From assembly GCA_965248755.1 (NCBI GenBank), contig OZ252149.1, forward strand, positions 896,001-960,000: 64,000 bases of DNA, written 5' to 3'. Both the position numbers and the translations under genes were made by a program. The notes beneath the pieces are model-generated. The model did no database searches, was not told where the DNA came from, and worked only from the letters and a program-made list of their open reading frames with translations. The DNA comes from Candidatus Latescibacterota bacterium (GTDB lineage: Bacteria > Latescibacterota > CBDEFO01). This document shows, one piece after another, positions 51,624 through 61,856 of this stretch. The first letter of the stretch is position 1. The number at the start of each line of letters is the position of its first letter.

Positions 51624-51691
51624 ACAGAACACAACCCCCTATTCCTGTATGCTGTCTACTGTCTCAATCTCATCAAGATAAGGATGATTCT

Positions 51692-52504
51692 GTGAACCCT
51701 GATGCTAATTCTGAGGACATCTCCTCCAAGGAGAATCGGGACGAAGACTCCCATCAGATTTTGGAGAGCTCCGACGACATCAAGGAGATGCCCTTTTTAG
51801 ATCATCTGGAGGAATTGCGCTGGAGGATAATCAAATCCCTGTCTGCTGTCCTGTGTGGTGCGATTTTGTGCTTTGCATTTTCCGAGTATCTGGTTGATAT
51901 TCTTACCCTTCCGGCGAAGACTCAGGGGATAAAGTTGATAACCGTCAGGCCTATCGGCATGTTCCTTGTCAGATTGAACGTCTCACTTGTCGGAGGTTTG
52001 ATGATATCACTTCCTCTTGTACTCTACCACATTTGGGCCTTCGTAGCCCCCGGGCTTTTGGAAAAAGAGCGCAGATATGTGCCCTGGATGGTAATCCTTA
52101 CGATCTTCTGCTTTACAGTTGGAGCTTCTGTATCCTACCTTTTAATTCTGCCGATCGGATTGAACTTTTTCGCTGGGCTGGCTCCCGACTACATAGCGGT
52201 GAGCTACAACATCGATGACTACATAAGCTTTATACTCAGACTCATCTTGGCTTTCGGGGCGGCCTTTGAACTTCCGATGCTGTCTTTGCTTCTGTCCAAG
52301 ATAGGTGTTGTTACGCCCGAGCTTATGCGCAAAGGCAGAAGATACGCTCTCATCGCCATAATCATCGTCGCTGCTATTTTCACTCCTCCTGATGTTCTTT
52401 CGCAACTTATGATGGCTGTACCTCTCGTCCTGCTATACGAAATCAGCATACTCGTCTCCCGACTTGCAGTACCCAAAGAAACATTGGACAGCGAAAAGGA
52501 ATAG
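51692..52504 (+). CDS. tatC: Twin-arginine translocase subunit TatC
   Basis: MPFLDHLEELRWRII, WAFVAPGL...E, FELP, AAIFTPPD, LYEISI. Confidence 0.96.
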   Translation: MNPDANSEDISSKENRDEDSHQILESSDDIKEMPFLDHLEELRWRIIKSLSAVLCGAILCFAFSEYLVDILTLPAKTQGIKLITVRPIGMFLVRLNVSLVGGLMISLPLVLYHIWAFVAPGLLEKERRYVPWMVILTIFCFTVGASVSYLLILPIGLNFFAGLAPDYIAVSYNIDDYISFILRLILAFGAAFELPMLSLLLSKIGVVTPELMRKGRRYALIAIIIVAAIFTPPDVLSQLMMAVPLVLLYEISILVSRLAVPKETLDSEKE

Positions 52505-52758
52505 AGAAAAGCTAACGGAGATGGCTTAGCTCCCCCGGATTAAATCGGGCGGTCGAAGTGACGTTGCTTGGTCTTCAGGACGATATTCTTTCGTTGAGGA
52601 TTGCAGACTCTTTTCGGATCAGATTCGAGGCGAAGAGGACTGGGAAGGCCCGGCACAATTGGATAACAAAGCTATGGAGATCTCCCTTTTAGCTCAGAAA
52701 TCCGCGGACATAGGCCAGATAATTAGATTAGTATGATCCTGAAGACTGGAGCAATTCG

Positions 52759-53400
52759 GTGAAGTCAATTATCGTGATTCGACATGGACAGTCGGAACAT
52801 CATTTGAAGGATTTAACCGGTGGATGGACGGATACTGGTTTGACAGAGTTGGGGCGTCGTCAGTCCGCTCATCTTGCATCCAGACTAAAGCGTGAGATCG
52901 GAGATACTCCCATAAAGCTATATTGCAGCGATCTTAAGCGAGCGTTTCAGACGACAGAGATACTCGGCAAAGAGATGGGGCTGACTCCAAATCTCGCTCC
53001 CCAGTTGAGAGAACACAATAACGGTATCGCTGCGGGCAAGACAATACAAGAGGCGAAACAGTACACTTTGGAACGGACTGAGCCATATATTGATTGGCAG
53101 CCATATCCCCAGGCAGAGACATGGCGTCAGTTCTATTTGAGAGTGTCATGTTATATGGAACGTCTTACCGAGAACCAGGAGTACGCTTTACTGATAGTCA
53201 CACATGGAGGGACCATAATAAACATCCTCGCCTGGTGGCTTAAATTAGAGGTAGATATGCTGTCTGAGGTATCCTTCGACGCTTCACCGACGAGCATCAC
53301 CGTGCTGAGAACGAATCAGTGGGACGAGCGTACGATAGAGAGACTAAACGATACGGCACACCTTTATGCAGCGGGACTCCATGAGCGGATAGAATTATAG
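52759..53400 (+). CDS. Histidine phosphatase (phosphoglycerate mutase) family
   Basis: RHGQS, SDLKRAFQT, LRE, THGG, LNDTAHL. Confidence 0.92.
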   Translation: MKSIIVIRHGQSEHHLKDLTGGWTDTGLTELGRRQSAHLASRLKREIGDTPIKLYCSDLKRAFQTTEILGKEMGLTPNLAPQLREHNNGIAAGKTIQEAKQYTLERTEPYIDWQPYPQAETWRQFYLRVSCYMERLTENQEYALLIVTHGGTIINILAWWLKLEVDMLSEVSFDASPTSITVLRTNQWDERTIERLNDTAHLYAAGLHERIEL

Positions 53401-53489
53401 CCGTGATAATCGGTAAAAGAGTCGGTTCGTTCTTAGCGTATTTGAGGGACGTTTACCTGATGTTAATTTTAGAAGGAGGATCACTTGAA

Positions 53490-54100
53490 GCAAATAGATC
53501 AAACTGACAACAACATCCTGATAGTCGGCATCTGTGGGAGCTTATGAAAAGGCAGCTATACCCGCATGGCAGTGGATGTGGCATTACAAGGTGTTCAGGA
53601 GGTGGGTGTCCAGACCCAATTGATTGACTTGAAAGAATACGCCTCATTTTTTGCGGTGGGAAGGAGGATGAAAGCGCCTATCCTGAGGACATCCTTAAGC
53701 TGCGGGAAGACGTAAGTAGGGCACAAGGCATCATTCTGGGGACACCTGAGTATCATGGTAGCTTGAGTGGTGTGTTGAAGAACGCCTTAGATCTGATGGG
53801 GTTCGACGAGATTCGCAAGCAAGATGATCGGGCTTGTGGGTGTATCGGGGGAACAGATGGCGGTCTTAACGCCTTGAACAGTCTGCGGACGGTCGGACGT
53901 GCGCTCCATGCATGGGTCATCCCGGAACAGGCATCTATCCCCCAAGCATGGAATGCGTTCGATGAGGAGGGAAATTTGAAAGACGACCGCCTGCAGGAAA
54001 GGGCCATGGACATCGGACGCCAGGTGGCTCGCTTTTCTTATCTGCACACGTCGCAAAAAGCTCAGGAATTCCTCCAACTCTGGGAGGGCGCGTACAGTAA
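53490..54100 (+). pseudogene. NADPH-dependent FMN reductase, disrupted
   Basis: IVGICGSL*KGSYTRMA, GIILGTPEYHGSLSGVLKNALD, ALNSLRTVGRALHAWVIP, with a stop and frameshifts. Confidence 0.85.
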
Positions 54101-54169
54101 CTCTCTACGCTTGTTTAAATCTCAATGCTGGGAATTGTTGCCGCTACACTTACAAATACTCCGCTTCAA

Positions 54170-54838
54170 TTAGACCGGCCATTCCTCCTCGTTGTAGGAC
54201 ATCTCCCAGAACATGTATTCGTATCTACTGCTGGTGATGAAGTGCCCTTCAAGTTTTCTGAGTTCGTGCTCGTTAAGGCCGTTAGACAGCGAGTCGAGCA
54301 GGTCCTTCAACCAGTCGGCGAACTCCCCGAACTCCTGCGAGGAGTAAGTTTTGATCCACTCTTCGTATAGCAGTTGGGCTTTCGGTTCTCCCTTCTTTGC
54401 AAGTCTTGTTCCGATCTCCCAGTAGCCCCAGGCGCATGGGAGCACGGCTGCCACGAGTTCCGCCGTGGTTCCCGTTTCGGCTACATGCAGAAGGTGTCGG
54501 GTGTAGGCATGCGTCGTAGGGGACATCTCTGTATCTTCTAATTCCTCCTCTTCTATGCCGAACTTTCGAGCGTAGCTCCTGTGCAGATCCATCTCAACGT
54601 TGAGGGTGGCGGAAAGGAGTTCGGCAAATCTGCCCATCGTTTCAAGGTCATCGGACCTTGCGACAGCTAGCCCAAAGAGCCTACTGTATTCAATCAAAAA
54701 GAGGTAGTCCTGACACAGATAATATTTGAATTTATCGAGCGGGAGCGATCCGTCGCCTATGCCAGATACGAACGGATGCTCCATTTCTCTCTCCCATATA
54801 GGTGCAGCTTTTTCTCTGAGGCGGTCAGTGAATTTCAT
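54170..54838 (-). CDS. tenA: Thiaminase II / TenA
   Basis: HPFVSGIGDGSLP..FKYYLCQDYLFL, LPCAWGY (catalytic Cys), SRYEYMFW. Confidence 0.93.
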   Translation of the reverse strand: MKFTDRLREKAAPIWEREMEHPFVSGIGDGSLPLDKFKYYLCQDYLFLIEYSRLFGLAVARSDDLETMGRFAELLSATLNVEMDLHRSYARKFGIEEEELEDTEMSPTTHAYTRHLLHVAETGTTAELVAAVLPCAWGYWEIGTRLAKKGEPKAQLLYEEWIKTYSSQEFGEFADWLKDLLDSLSNGLNEHELRKLEGHFITSSRYEYMFWEMSYNEEEWPV

Positions 54839-54985
54839 AGTTGCATCTATCCTAAAATGAGACTGCTTGGCAGATCCTTCACGTTGCTCTGGGCTTCGGC
54901 TCGCAGTGACGGTTCAGGGAGGAAACGGTCTCGCGTCTACCCTCCGATTGAATCTTTCGAGGAACGGAGGCTACTGCCTATTTGT

Positions 54986-55972
54986 TTAAGTCACTACGTT
55001 CTGCGGTTGTCCCTCCAAAAATGCGATGACGTTGTCCACCGCTCCAGCGTTCAAAAGGTCTACTCCCTCCGGGGTCTGATCGGCATTGTGGGGGGTGAGC
55101 ACCACCTGCTGGCACGATAGAAACGGATGGTCAGGTGGAAGCGGTTCCTCGTCGTAAGCGTCTATGGCCGCGCCGCCGAGATGACCTGAGTTCAGAGCCT
55201 CTATCAGGGCCTGAGTGTCCACCAGGCCTGCGCGCGAGCAGTTGACCAAGAGCGCCCCTGGCTTCATCAATTTTATCTGTATCTTCCCTATTATCCCACG
55301 GCTCTCTTCGGTCAGCTTGATGTGGAGGCTGACCACATCGGACGACTTCAAAAGCTCGTGCAACTCCACGAACCGGACTCCCAACTCCTTTTCCCTTTGA
55401 TGTGTCGGATGAAATGTCCAGGCGATGACTTTCATACCGAGGGCGCGTCCGAGCTTCAGTACCTCTTTCCCGATGTTTCCTGTACCGATTACGCCGAGCG
55501 TCTTGCCTCTAAGCAGTATATTGTCCATCCGAGTCCAGCTTCCGGCCTTCAGCTCGGAGGTCTGGAACGCTGTGCGCTTTGCCGCAGCAAACATAAGACC
55601 TATTGCGTGCTCGGCGACAATGTAAGAGGTGGCACCGGGGAGGTTGCTCACAACGATCCGCAGCTCCTTTGCGGCATTGAGGTCTATCATGTCGGTGCCG
55701 ATGGAACAGATCGCGATCATACGGAGCTTGGGCAACTTGAAAAGGGCATCAGCGGGCCAGTTGACAGCACCTCGACTGTTTATCATAATGTCGGCGTCTC
55801 TTGCGCGGGCGATCTTTTCGGATAGCGCTAAAGGTCGGTCAGTGTAGAGCGTGACATCACCGTAGAGTTTGAGCCGCTCCAGATGGGACGATCCTTGAAT
55901 CTGCGGCGGGTCGTCGGCTGGAACGACGATCTTTGGCCGGTGCGAAGGATTCATCGTAACGTTCCGTTTCAC
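54986..55972 (-). CDS. D-isomer 2-hydroxyacid (phosphoglycerate-dehydrogenase-like) dehydrogenase
   Basis: VAEHAIGLM, GVIGTGNIG, VNCSRA, AIDAYDEEPLP, LTPH. Confidence 0.9.
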   Translation of the reverse strand: MKRNVTMNPSHRPKIVVPADDPPQIQGSSHLERLKLYGDVTLYTDRPLALSEKIARARDADIMINSRGAVNWPADALFKLPKLRMIAICSIGTDMIDLNAAKELRIVVSNLPGATSYIVAEHAIGLMFAAAKRTAFQTSELKAGSWTRMDNILLRGKTLGVIGTGNIGKEVLKLGRALGMKVIAWTFHPTHQREKELGVRFVELHELLKSSDVVSLHIKLTEESRGIIGKIQIKLMKPGALLVNCSRAGLVDTQALIEALNSGHLGGAAIDAYDEEPLPPDHPFLSCQQVVLTPHNADQTPEGVDLLNAGAVDNVIAFLEGQPQNVVT

Positions 55973-56091
55973 CCTCTAAAAATAGTTTGCATTAGTAGAA
56001 TGTTCGGTTCTGACGCTAAATATACGCAAAAGGTATTGCAAGTCAAGTACTTTTGCCTCTGCCAACATTTGGGCGGACTTATCGAATTCAG

Positions 56092-56120
56092 TTGACATTA
56101 TTTATATAAGATTTTACATT
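56092..56120 (+). promoter_or_regulatory. Putative sigma70 promoter of the potassium channel gene
   Basis: TTGACA-17 nt-TACATT. Confidence 0.5.
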
Positions 56121-56173
56121 ATAGCTTGAAAAAAGTCCTAATCGAAACATGACTCAGTCGAAAGTGAAGATCT

Positions 56174-57178
56174 ATGTCACCTATGAACAAGCTCTTAATC
56201 TCTATGGGAATTTTGATCTTCCTTGTGGCGGGTGGGAGCTTGGGATATATGTTAATAGAGGACTGGAGTCTTCACGACTCGCTCTATATGACCATCATAA
56301 CAATGGCTACTGTGGGCTTTAGGGAGGTGAAAGGACTATCCGCGTTAGGGCAGTCATTTACTATGGTGCTTATAGTACTGGGAGTCGGATGGGTTGCCTA
56401 TTCTCTTGGGAATCTTACAGCCTTTGTGGTGGAAGGTCAGATAACAGACATAATGAAGGGGAGAAAGATGCAGAAGGAAATCGAGAAACTGGAGGGGCAC
56501 TACATACTTTGCGGGTGTGGAAGGGTCGGAAGACACGTGGCATCCGAGTTCGTACGGACGGGTGTAGATTTTGTAGCGATAGACCGGAATCCGTCTGAGG
56601 ATCTCACGATAGATGGTCGCAGCATACTGATGGTCGGGGGAGATGCTACAGACGATGAGGTATTGAAAAGGGCGGGAATCGAAACGGCAAAGGGGCTTGT
56701 TACAGCTCTGTCTGCAGACGCGGACAATGTGTTTGTAACCTTATCGGCGCGGGGGATGAACCCGGAGCTTACAATCGTGGCGAGGGCATCTGACGACACA
56801 GTGGAGGAGAAGCTGATCAGGGCGGGGGCGGATAGAGTGATAAGTCCGCCGAGAATAGGGGGACTGAGGATGGCCTCTGTACTCCTGCATCCAGAGCTAG
56901 TGAATTTTTTGGATGTCATGGTCCATGGCGACGACGTTTCTTTAAGACTTGAGGAGGTCTTTGTAAAGCCGGGCTCGAGTCTGGCAGACAAATCCCTGCT
57001 GGACGAGATCTTTGTAAAACCGGAACTGAAGGGGTGCATCGTCATCGGACTTAAGGATAGAGATGGAAAGGTCTCCATCAATCCGCCGGGGCATACCAAG
57101 TTGAAGGAAGGGGATATGCTCATCGTTCTGGGAAGGCAAGAGCAGATAGATAAGTTGAAAGAAATGATTCGAGCATGA
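56174..57178 (+). CDS. 2TM potassium channel with RCK (TrkA-N/TrkA-C) domains
   Basis: Pore motif TMATVGF, GCGRVG, GDATDDEVLKRAGI, GADRVISP. Confidence 0.93.
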   Translation: MSPMNKLLISMGILIFLVAGGSLGYMLIEDWSLHDSLYMTIITMATVGFREVKGLSALGQSFTMVLIVLGVGWVAYSLGNLTAFVVEGQITDIMKGRKMQKEIEKLEGHYILCGCGRVGRHVASEFVRTGVDFVAIDRNPSEDLTIDGRSILMVGGDATDDEVLKRAGIETAKGLVTALSADADNVFVTLSARGMNPELTIVARASDDTVEEKLIRAGADRVISPPRIGGLRMASVLLHPELVNFLDVMVHGDDVSLRLEEVFVKPGSSLADKSLLDEIFVKPELKGCIVIGLKDRDGKVSINPPGHTKLKEGDMLIVLGRQEQIDKLKEMIRA

Positions 57179-58228
57179 TCAGTCGGTCCCCCGGTATCTT
57201 CCCATTATTTCGGTAAGCTGAACTTGGGGTATCGCCTCTATCGTCCGTCCGTCCTTGCCTTCTGCACTTTTTGATGTGGTAAGTGAGTTCAATCCGGACT
57301 CTTGAGCAGCTTCTATGGCAGCGTCGAAGAGAGGATAGAGGTCTTCCTGGGGAACAGATCTGATTCTGTAGGTCTTTTGATCCTCGAAGGGAGCGTCTAT
57401 GGAATTTGAAGTGGAAAAAGAAACTATCAATCCCTGGTCTATATAGGCGTCTATGAACCCCGCTTTGATCAAACCTGCTCCGGTCATCTCCGAAAGGTGG
57501 TCCAACTGCTTTGGGGTCAGAGGCGCGTCTGTGGCGGTAATTGCAACTATCGATCTTGTGATTATGCCTTCTGGCTGAGGCACAGAGAGATGTCTTCCAA
57601 CCGGAACTCCGTCCACAGTCAGGCTCCTCCTGATTCCTCCGTTGGACGCTACAAGGACGCCCACGGTGTAGCCAAGGACCCTTCTGGACGATTGCCCGAT
57701 TCCTCCTTTTAGTCCGAAGGCACAGAGTCCTCTACCGATTCCCACGTTTCCCTCTTCCACCTTTTCCCCCTGCGCTTTCTGGAAGCATTCAAAGAGGATG
57801 TCCTCCTTTATCTCTCTTTCCTTTTCAGGGTCGTTCAGGTAGGAATCGTCCAGGCCTATCACGACGGGGGGCCATCCGGCGTCTATGGGCAGACCGCTCT
57901 CTCTTTTGTGTCCGTAGGTTATGCAGGCGTTGTAGACGACGCCTACGCTGGCAGAACTCGTCAATACTATGGGAGATGAAAACGTCCCGAAATCCTCGGC
58001 TACGCTCAAGCCTGTCATTCCATCCCAGTCTTTGACGCCGTATCTCCCGATGAAGAGTTTTCTCCTCTTATCTTGTCTAGGAGGCACTACGGCAGTTATT
58101 CCAGTCCTTAATCCGTCATGACCTATGTCAACGTGCCCTACTTTCGTGCCCTCAACGTCACAGATACAGTTGAGTTTTCCCGTCGGCAGGTCGCCTATCT
58201 TTATGCCGATGTTCCTTATCCTTGTCAT
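57179..58228 (-). CDS. Peptidase S58 / DmpA (P1) family protein, atypical
   Basis: GKLNCICDVEGTKVGH, RTGITAV, EEGNVGIG, FGLKGGIGQSSR, ATDAPL. Confidence 0.85.
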   Translation of the reverse strand: MTRIRNIGIKIGDLPTGKLNCICDVEGTKVGHVDIGHDGLRTGITAVVPPRQDKRRKLFIGRYGVKDWDGMTGLSVAEDFGTFSSPIVLTSSASVGVVYNACITYGHKRESGLPIDAGWPPVVIGLDDSYLNDPEKEREIKEDILFECFQKAQGEKVEEGNVGIGRGLCAFGLKGGIGQSSRRVLGYTVGVLVASNGGIRRSLTVDGVPVGRHLSVPQPEGIITRSIVAITATDAPLTPKQLDHLSEMTGAGLIKAGFIDAYIDQGLIVSFSTSNSIDAPFEDQKTYRIRSVPQEDLYPLFDAAIEAAQESGLNSLTTSKSAEGKDGRTIEAIPQVQLTEIMGRYRGTD

Positions 58229-58282
58229 CGCGTCATCCGTAAAATGGAAATTCTCCGAAGTCTTATTTGTGCGATACCTCTA

Positions 58283-59608
58283 TTACTGGTTTCTTAACCG
58301 AATTGCTCTTGCACGTTCTTCAAACCTTTCCGCTTCATCTTCCTTTCCAATCTTTTCGTAAAGGTCTGCCATGTTCTCGAGGGTAGCCGCCACATTGGGA
58401 TGGTGCTTGCCAAGGGCTTTTTCTACTATTTCCAGTGCTCGCCTATAAAGGGGCTCAGCCTCGGCATACTTGCCTTGGGAGCCATACAGTACCGCTAGAT
58501 TATTCAGGGAAGTCGCTACATAGGGATGGTTTTCTCCAAGAACCTTTCCCCATATTTCCAGTGCTCTCTTGAAAAGGGGCTCAGCTTCTACATAGTTGCC
58601 CTGAGCTCTGTAAAGTTCCGCCAGATTATTCAGGGAGGCCGCTACATCAGGATGATCTTTCCCAAGAACTTGATCTACTATTTCCAGTGACCGCTGATAA
58701 AGGGGCTCAGCTTCTAGATAGTTGCCCTGAGCTCTGTAAAGTTCCGCCAGATTATTCAGGGAGGCCGCTACATCAGGATGATCTTTCCCAAGAACTTCTT
58801 CCCTTATTTCCAGTGCTCTCTTGAAAAGCGGCTCAGCCTCGACATACTTGCCCTGTGAATAATAAAGTCCTGCCAGGTCGTTAAGGGAGGTCGCCACAGA
58901 AGGATGGTCTATTCCAAGAACTTCTTCCCTTATTCCCAGTGCTCTCTTGTAAAGAGGCTCAGCCTCGACATAGTTGCCCTGGGAATAATATAGTTGCGCC
59001 AGATTATTCATGGACGCCGCCACATTGGGATGGTCTTTTCCAAGGGCTTCTTCCAATATTTCCAGTACTCTCTTGTAGAGCAGCTCAGCTTCGATATACT
59101 TGCCCTGGGAATAGTAGAGTTTCGCCAGATTGTTTAGGGAAATGCCCACATTGGGATGGTCTTTTCCAAGGGATTTCTCCCTTATTCCCAGTGCTCTCTT
59201 GTAAAGAGGCTCAGCCTGATCATACTTGCCCTGACTCTTATAAAGTAACGCCAGATTGTTCAGGGAGGTCGCCACACCGGGATGGTCTGGACCAAGAGCC
59301 TTTTCTTTTATTTCCAGTGCTTGCCTGTACAGGGGCTCAGCCTCGATGTACTTGCCCTGAGCTCTGTAAAGTTCCGCCAGATTGTTCAGGGAGGTCGCCA
59401 CAGCAGGATGGTCTGGACCGAAACTTTCCTCAGCTATTTTCAAAGTCTCTTTTGCAAACTTAACTGCTTCCTCATACCGACCTTGTTGGTAGAGTCTTCC
59501 TGACTTTTCCATCAGTGTTTCCCATTCAGATGCTTCTGGGGAAGAGCAGTTTGCGGCAAAGAACAAGCATAGGGATGCAATCACGAAAACATTTGAAAAT
59601 ACTCTCAT
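58283..59608 (-). CDS. TPR (42-aa kinesin-light-chain-type) repeat protein, probable lipoprotein
   Basis: About nine HP.VA.SLNNLA.LY..QG.Y.EAEPL..RAL units; N-terminal hydrophobic stretch ending AANC. Confidence 0.92.
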   Translation of the reverse strand: MRVFSNVFVIASLCLFFAANCSSPEASEWETLMEKSGRLYQQGRYEEAVKFAKETLKIAEESFGPDHPAVATSLNNLAELYRAQGKYIEAEPLYRQALEIKEKALGPDHPGVATSLNNLALLYKSQGKYDQAEPLYKRALGIREKSLGKDHPNVGISLNNLAKLYYSQGKYIEAELLYKRVLEILEEALGKDHPNVAASMNNLAQLYYSQGNYVEAEPLYKRALGIREEVLGIDHPSVATSLNDLAGLYYSQGKYVEAEPLFKRALEIREEVLGKDHPDVAASLNNLAELYRAQGNYLEAEPLYQRSLEIVDQVLGKDHPDVAASLNNLAELYRAQGNYVEAEPLFKRALEIWGKVLGENHPYVATSLNNLAVLYGSQGKYAEAEPLYRRALEIVEKALGKHHPNVAATLENMADLYEKIGKEDEAERFEERARAIRLRNQ

Positions 59609-59666
59609 ATCTGGTGCTCCTTTCGGCTCAGCTGATATACTAAGCCCACAACTGTAACCTTATTTC

Positions 59667-59802
59667 AGGGCAGACACACGGGTCTGCCCGTACAACAGAT
59701 GAAAGTAGCGGATTTCCCCACGTGTTCGCCATTTCTCATTGTGTTCTCTCTAACTGTCATTGCTACCGGCCCCGAGTGAATCTATCGGGGGGAAGCAATC
59801 TC
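59667..59802. repeat. REP-like mosaic cluster
   Basis: GGGCAGACACACGGGTCTGCCCGTACA, then TGTCATTGC..GAAGCAATCTC containing CCCCGAGTGAATCTATCGGGG. Confidence 0.75.
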
Positions 59803-59844
59803 GTATTTCGCAAACGAGAATTTTGAGGCAAAAGGAGTTTCAGC

Positions 59845-59873
59845 TTGACATTACTCTTCTATATTGCTAAGTT
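59845..59873 (+). promoter_or_regulatory. Putative sigma70 promoter of the MFS gene
   Basis: TTGACA-17 nt-TAAGTT with extended -10 TG. Confidence 0.5.
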
Positions 59874-59947
59874 TAATGTCGCCTTTTAGTATAACCAATT
59901 ATATTCTCAACATCAACATTTTTTGTCTATTCGAAGAATAGGTAGCC

Positions 59948-61144
59948 TTGAATTCAGACCAGATCAGACGAAACTTTATCTTGCTTGCTATTTCGGTATT
60001 TGCGCTCTCGTTTACGTTAACCGGGATACACGTCCCTATATACAACAACTACGCGGTAGACCGCATCGGGATCGAGGCGGATCAACTGGGTATAGTCGAA
60101 GCGATAAGAGAGGTTCCGGGTCTGCTTGCCGCCTTTTTAGCCGGTCTGATAATCAGCTTTGCAGAACCCCTGATGGCAGGTATATTCCTTATGATCTACG
60201 GATTCGGTCTCTCTTCGTATGCCTACATATATTCCGTAGAGTCACTTATCATCTTTTCCTTCATCTGGAGCATAGGCTTCCATCTGTGGATGCCTCTCAG
60301 CGACAGCATGGCGCTGAGCCTGACGGAGGAGAGGGAACGTGGAAAGAAGTTAGGACAGCTAAGGAGTGTGGCGGGCCTGGCTACGCTTGCAGGGATTGTG
60401 CTGACATATATAATCAATCTGTTTGGATACGGCTACACAGAGATGTACTGGACTGCGGGAATCGTGGGAGTGGCGGGGGCATTTGCCCTCTTTGCTATGT
60501 CCAAAGACACGGGCAATCCGACAACGGTCCGCCTCGTCTTCAAAAGAAAATACAGTCTATTCTATTTCTTGACGTTCCTTTCAGGATATCGCAGACAGAT
60601 ATTTATGACATTTGCGTTATTCGCTTTGGTTAAGATCTACAACGTCCAGCTGTCCAATATATTGATCCTGTCTCTTATAAACAGCGGCCTGAACGTTCTG
60701 CTCGCACCGCAAGCAGGAAAGCTTGTGGATAAGATGGGCGAAAGGGTCGCTTTGAGCATCAGCTACGGAGGTCTTATACTCGTCTTTTCGGGCTATGCGC
60801 TTATTCACAACGTATACTTGCTCTTTTTACTATACATCACTGACAATCTCCTTTTCCTTTTTAGCATGGCTATTACTACATACATAGGCAGAACGGCGTC
60901 ATCAGAAGATATAAAGCCGACTTTGGCTATGGGCGTCACTATGAACCACATAGCAGCGGTCATAATGCCACTTGTGGGAGGATTCATCTGGATTTCCCTG
61001 GGCTATGAAGTTGTGTTCTTCCTTGGAGCAGGCGTCGCAGTTATGTCCTTTATAGCCTCTCAGAAGATCAAGCCCAAGGATGCCCTCGCACTGTCCCCAG
61101 TTGCTCCTTCAGATGCTGAATATACCAAATTTCCTGAAGGTTAA
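59948..61144 (+). CDS. MFS transporter
   Basis: About 12 hydrophobic segments; GKLVDKMGER motif A variant. Confidence 0.9.
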   Translation: MNSDQIRRNFILLAISVFALSFTLTGIHVPIYNNYAVDRIGIEADQLGIVEAIREVPGLLAAFLAGLIISFAEPLMAGIFLMIYGFGLSSYAYIYSVESLIIFSFIWSIGFHLWMPLSDSMALSLTEERERGKKLGQLRSVAGLATLAGIVLTYIINLFGYGYTEMYWTAGIVGVAGAFALFAMSKDTGNPTTVRLVFKRKYSLFYFLTFLSGYRRQIFMTFALFALVKIYNVQLSNILILSLINSGLNVLLAPQAGKLVDKMGERVALSISYGGLILVFSGYALIHNVYLLFLLYITDNLLFLFSMAITTYIGRTASSEDIKPTLAMGVTMNHIAAVIMPLVGGFIWISLGYEVVFFLGAGVAVMSFIASQKIKPKDALALSPVAPSDAEYTKFPEG

Positions 61145-61232
61145 AATCCTTTCCCCGCATCGGAAGTCTATATGTATAGTTTTCCCTGACTTCTCACAAT
61201 GAGAGGCTAGACCATATTAATCGGAGCGCGCC

Positions 61233-61814
61233 ATGCAGATTTCAGATCAACTACGAGAGTCGGTTATTCGTTCGTTGCCTGAGCTGAGCCAGATCGGCGA
61301 CGAGTCACTGCGCAACAAGGTCATTGATGCGTGGGCGTACAGCCTGGGTCACAGTTCGTTCACCTCAATTGACCAGATCCGCCCCTCAGGCAACCCTGAC
61401 ACGGCTCGCCTCAAGTCGGGCACGCAAACGGACCACATTCGCGGCGTGACGCAGCTAGCGATCGCGTTGGCCGACTCGCTTCATAGCCAGTTTCCCGACT
61501 TGCCCATAGATCGCGACATGCTGATCGCCTGCGCCCTGTGTCACGATGTGGGAAAGCCCTTCGAGTTTGACCCAGAGAACCAGCAGCGCTGGAAACAGAA
61601 TCCCGACACCTCTGGTTTCCCTGCAATTAGGCATACGCAGTACGGCACTCACGTTTGCCTCACAGTGGGCCTGCCCGAAGAAGTATGCCACGCAGCCGGC
61701 TGCCACTCCGGGGAAGGCGAATTGGTCAAGCGATCTTTGCACGTGACCATCGTGCACCACGCTGACTATGCCTTCTGGGCAGCGCTGGAAGTTGGCGGTC
61801 AACTGGAGGATTGA
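61233..61814 (+). CDS. HD-domain protein
   Basis: DHIRGV, ALCHDVGK, RH, CHS, HHAD. Confidence 0.88.
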   Translation: MQISDQLRESVIRSLPELSQIGDESLRNKVIDAWAYSLGHSSFTSIDQIRPSGNPDTARLKSGTQTDHIRGVTQLAIALADSLHSQFPDLPIDRDMLIACALCHDVGKPFEFDPENQQRWKQNPDTSGFPAIRHTQYGTHVCLTVGLPEEVCHAAGCHSGEGELVKRSLHVTIVHHADYAFWAALEVGGQLED

Positions 61815-61856
61815 AAGCATAACATGGCCACATTGCTCAAGTAGCTGAAAGGATCT

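Noticed and set aside
54840..54985. TPP riboswitch upstream of tenA
   Set aside because: No convincing TPP aptamer pattern; the region looks like a degenerate REP-type repeat.
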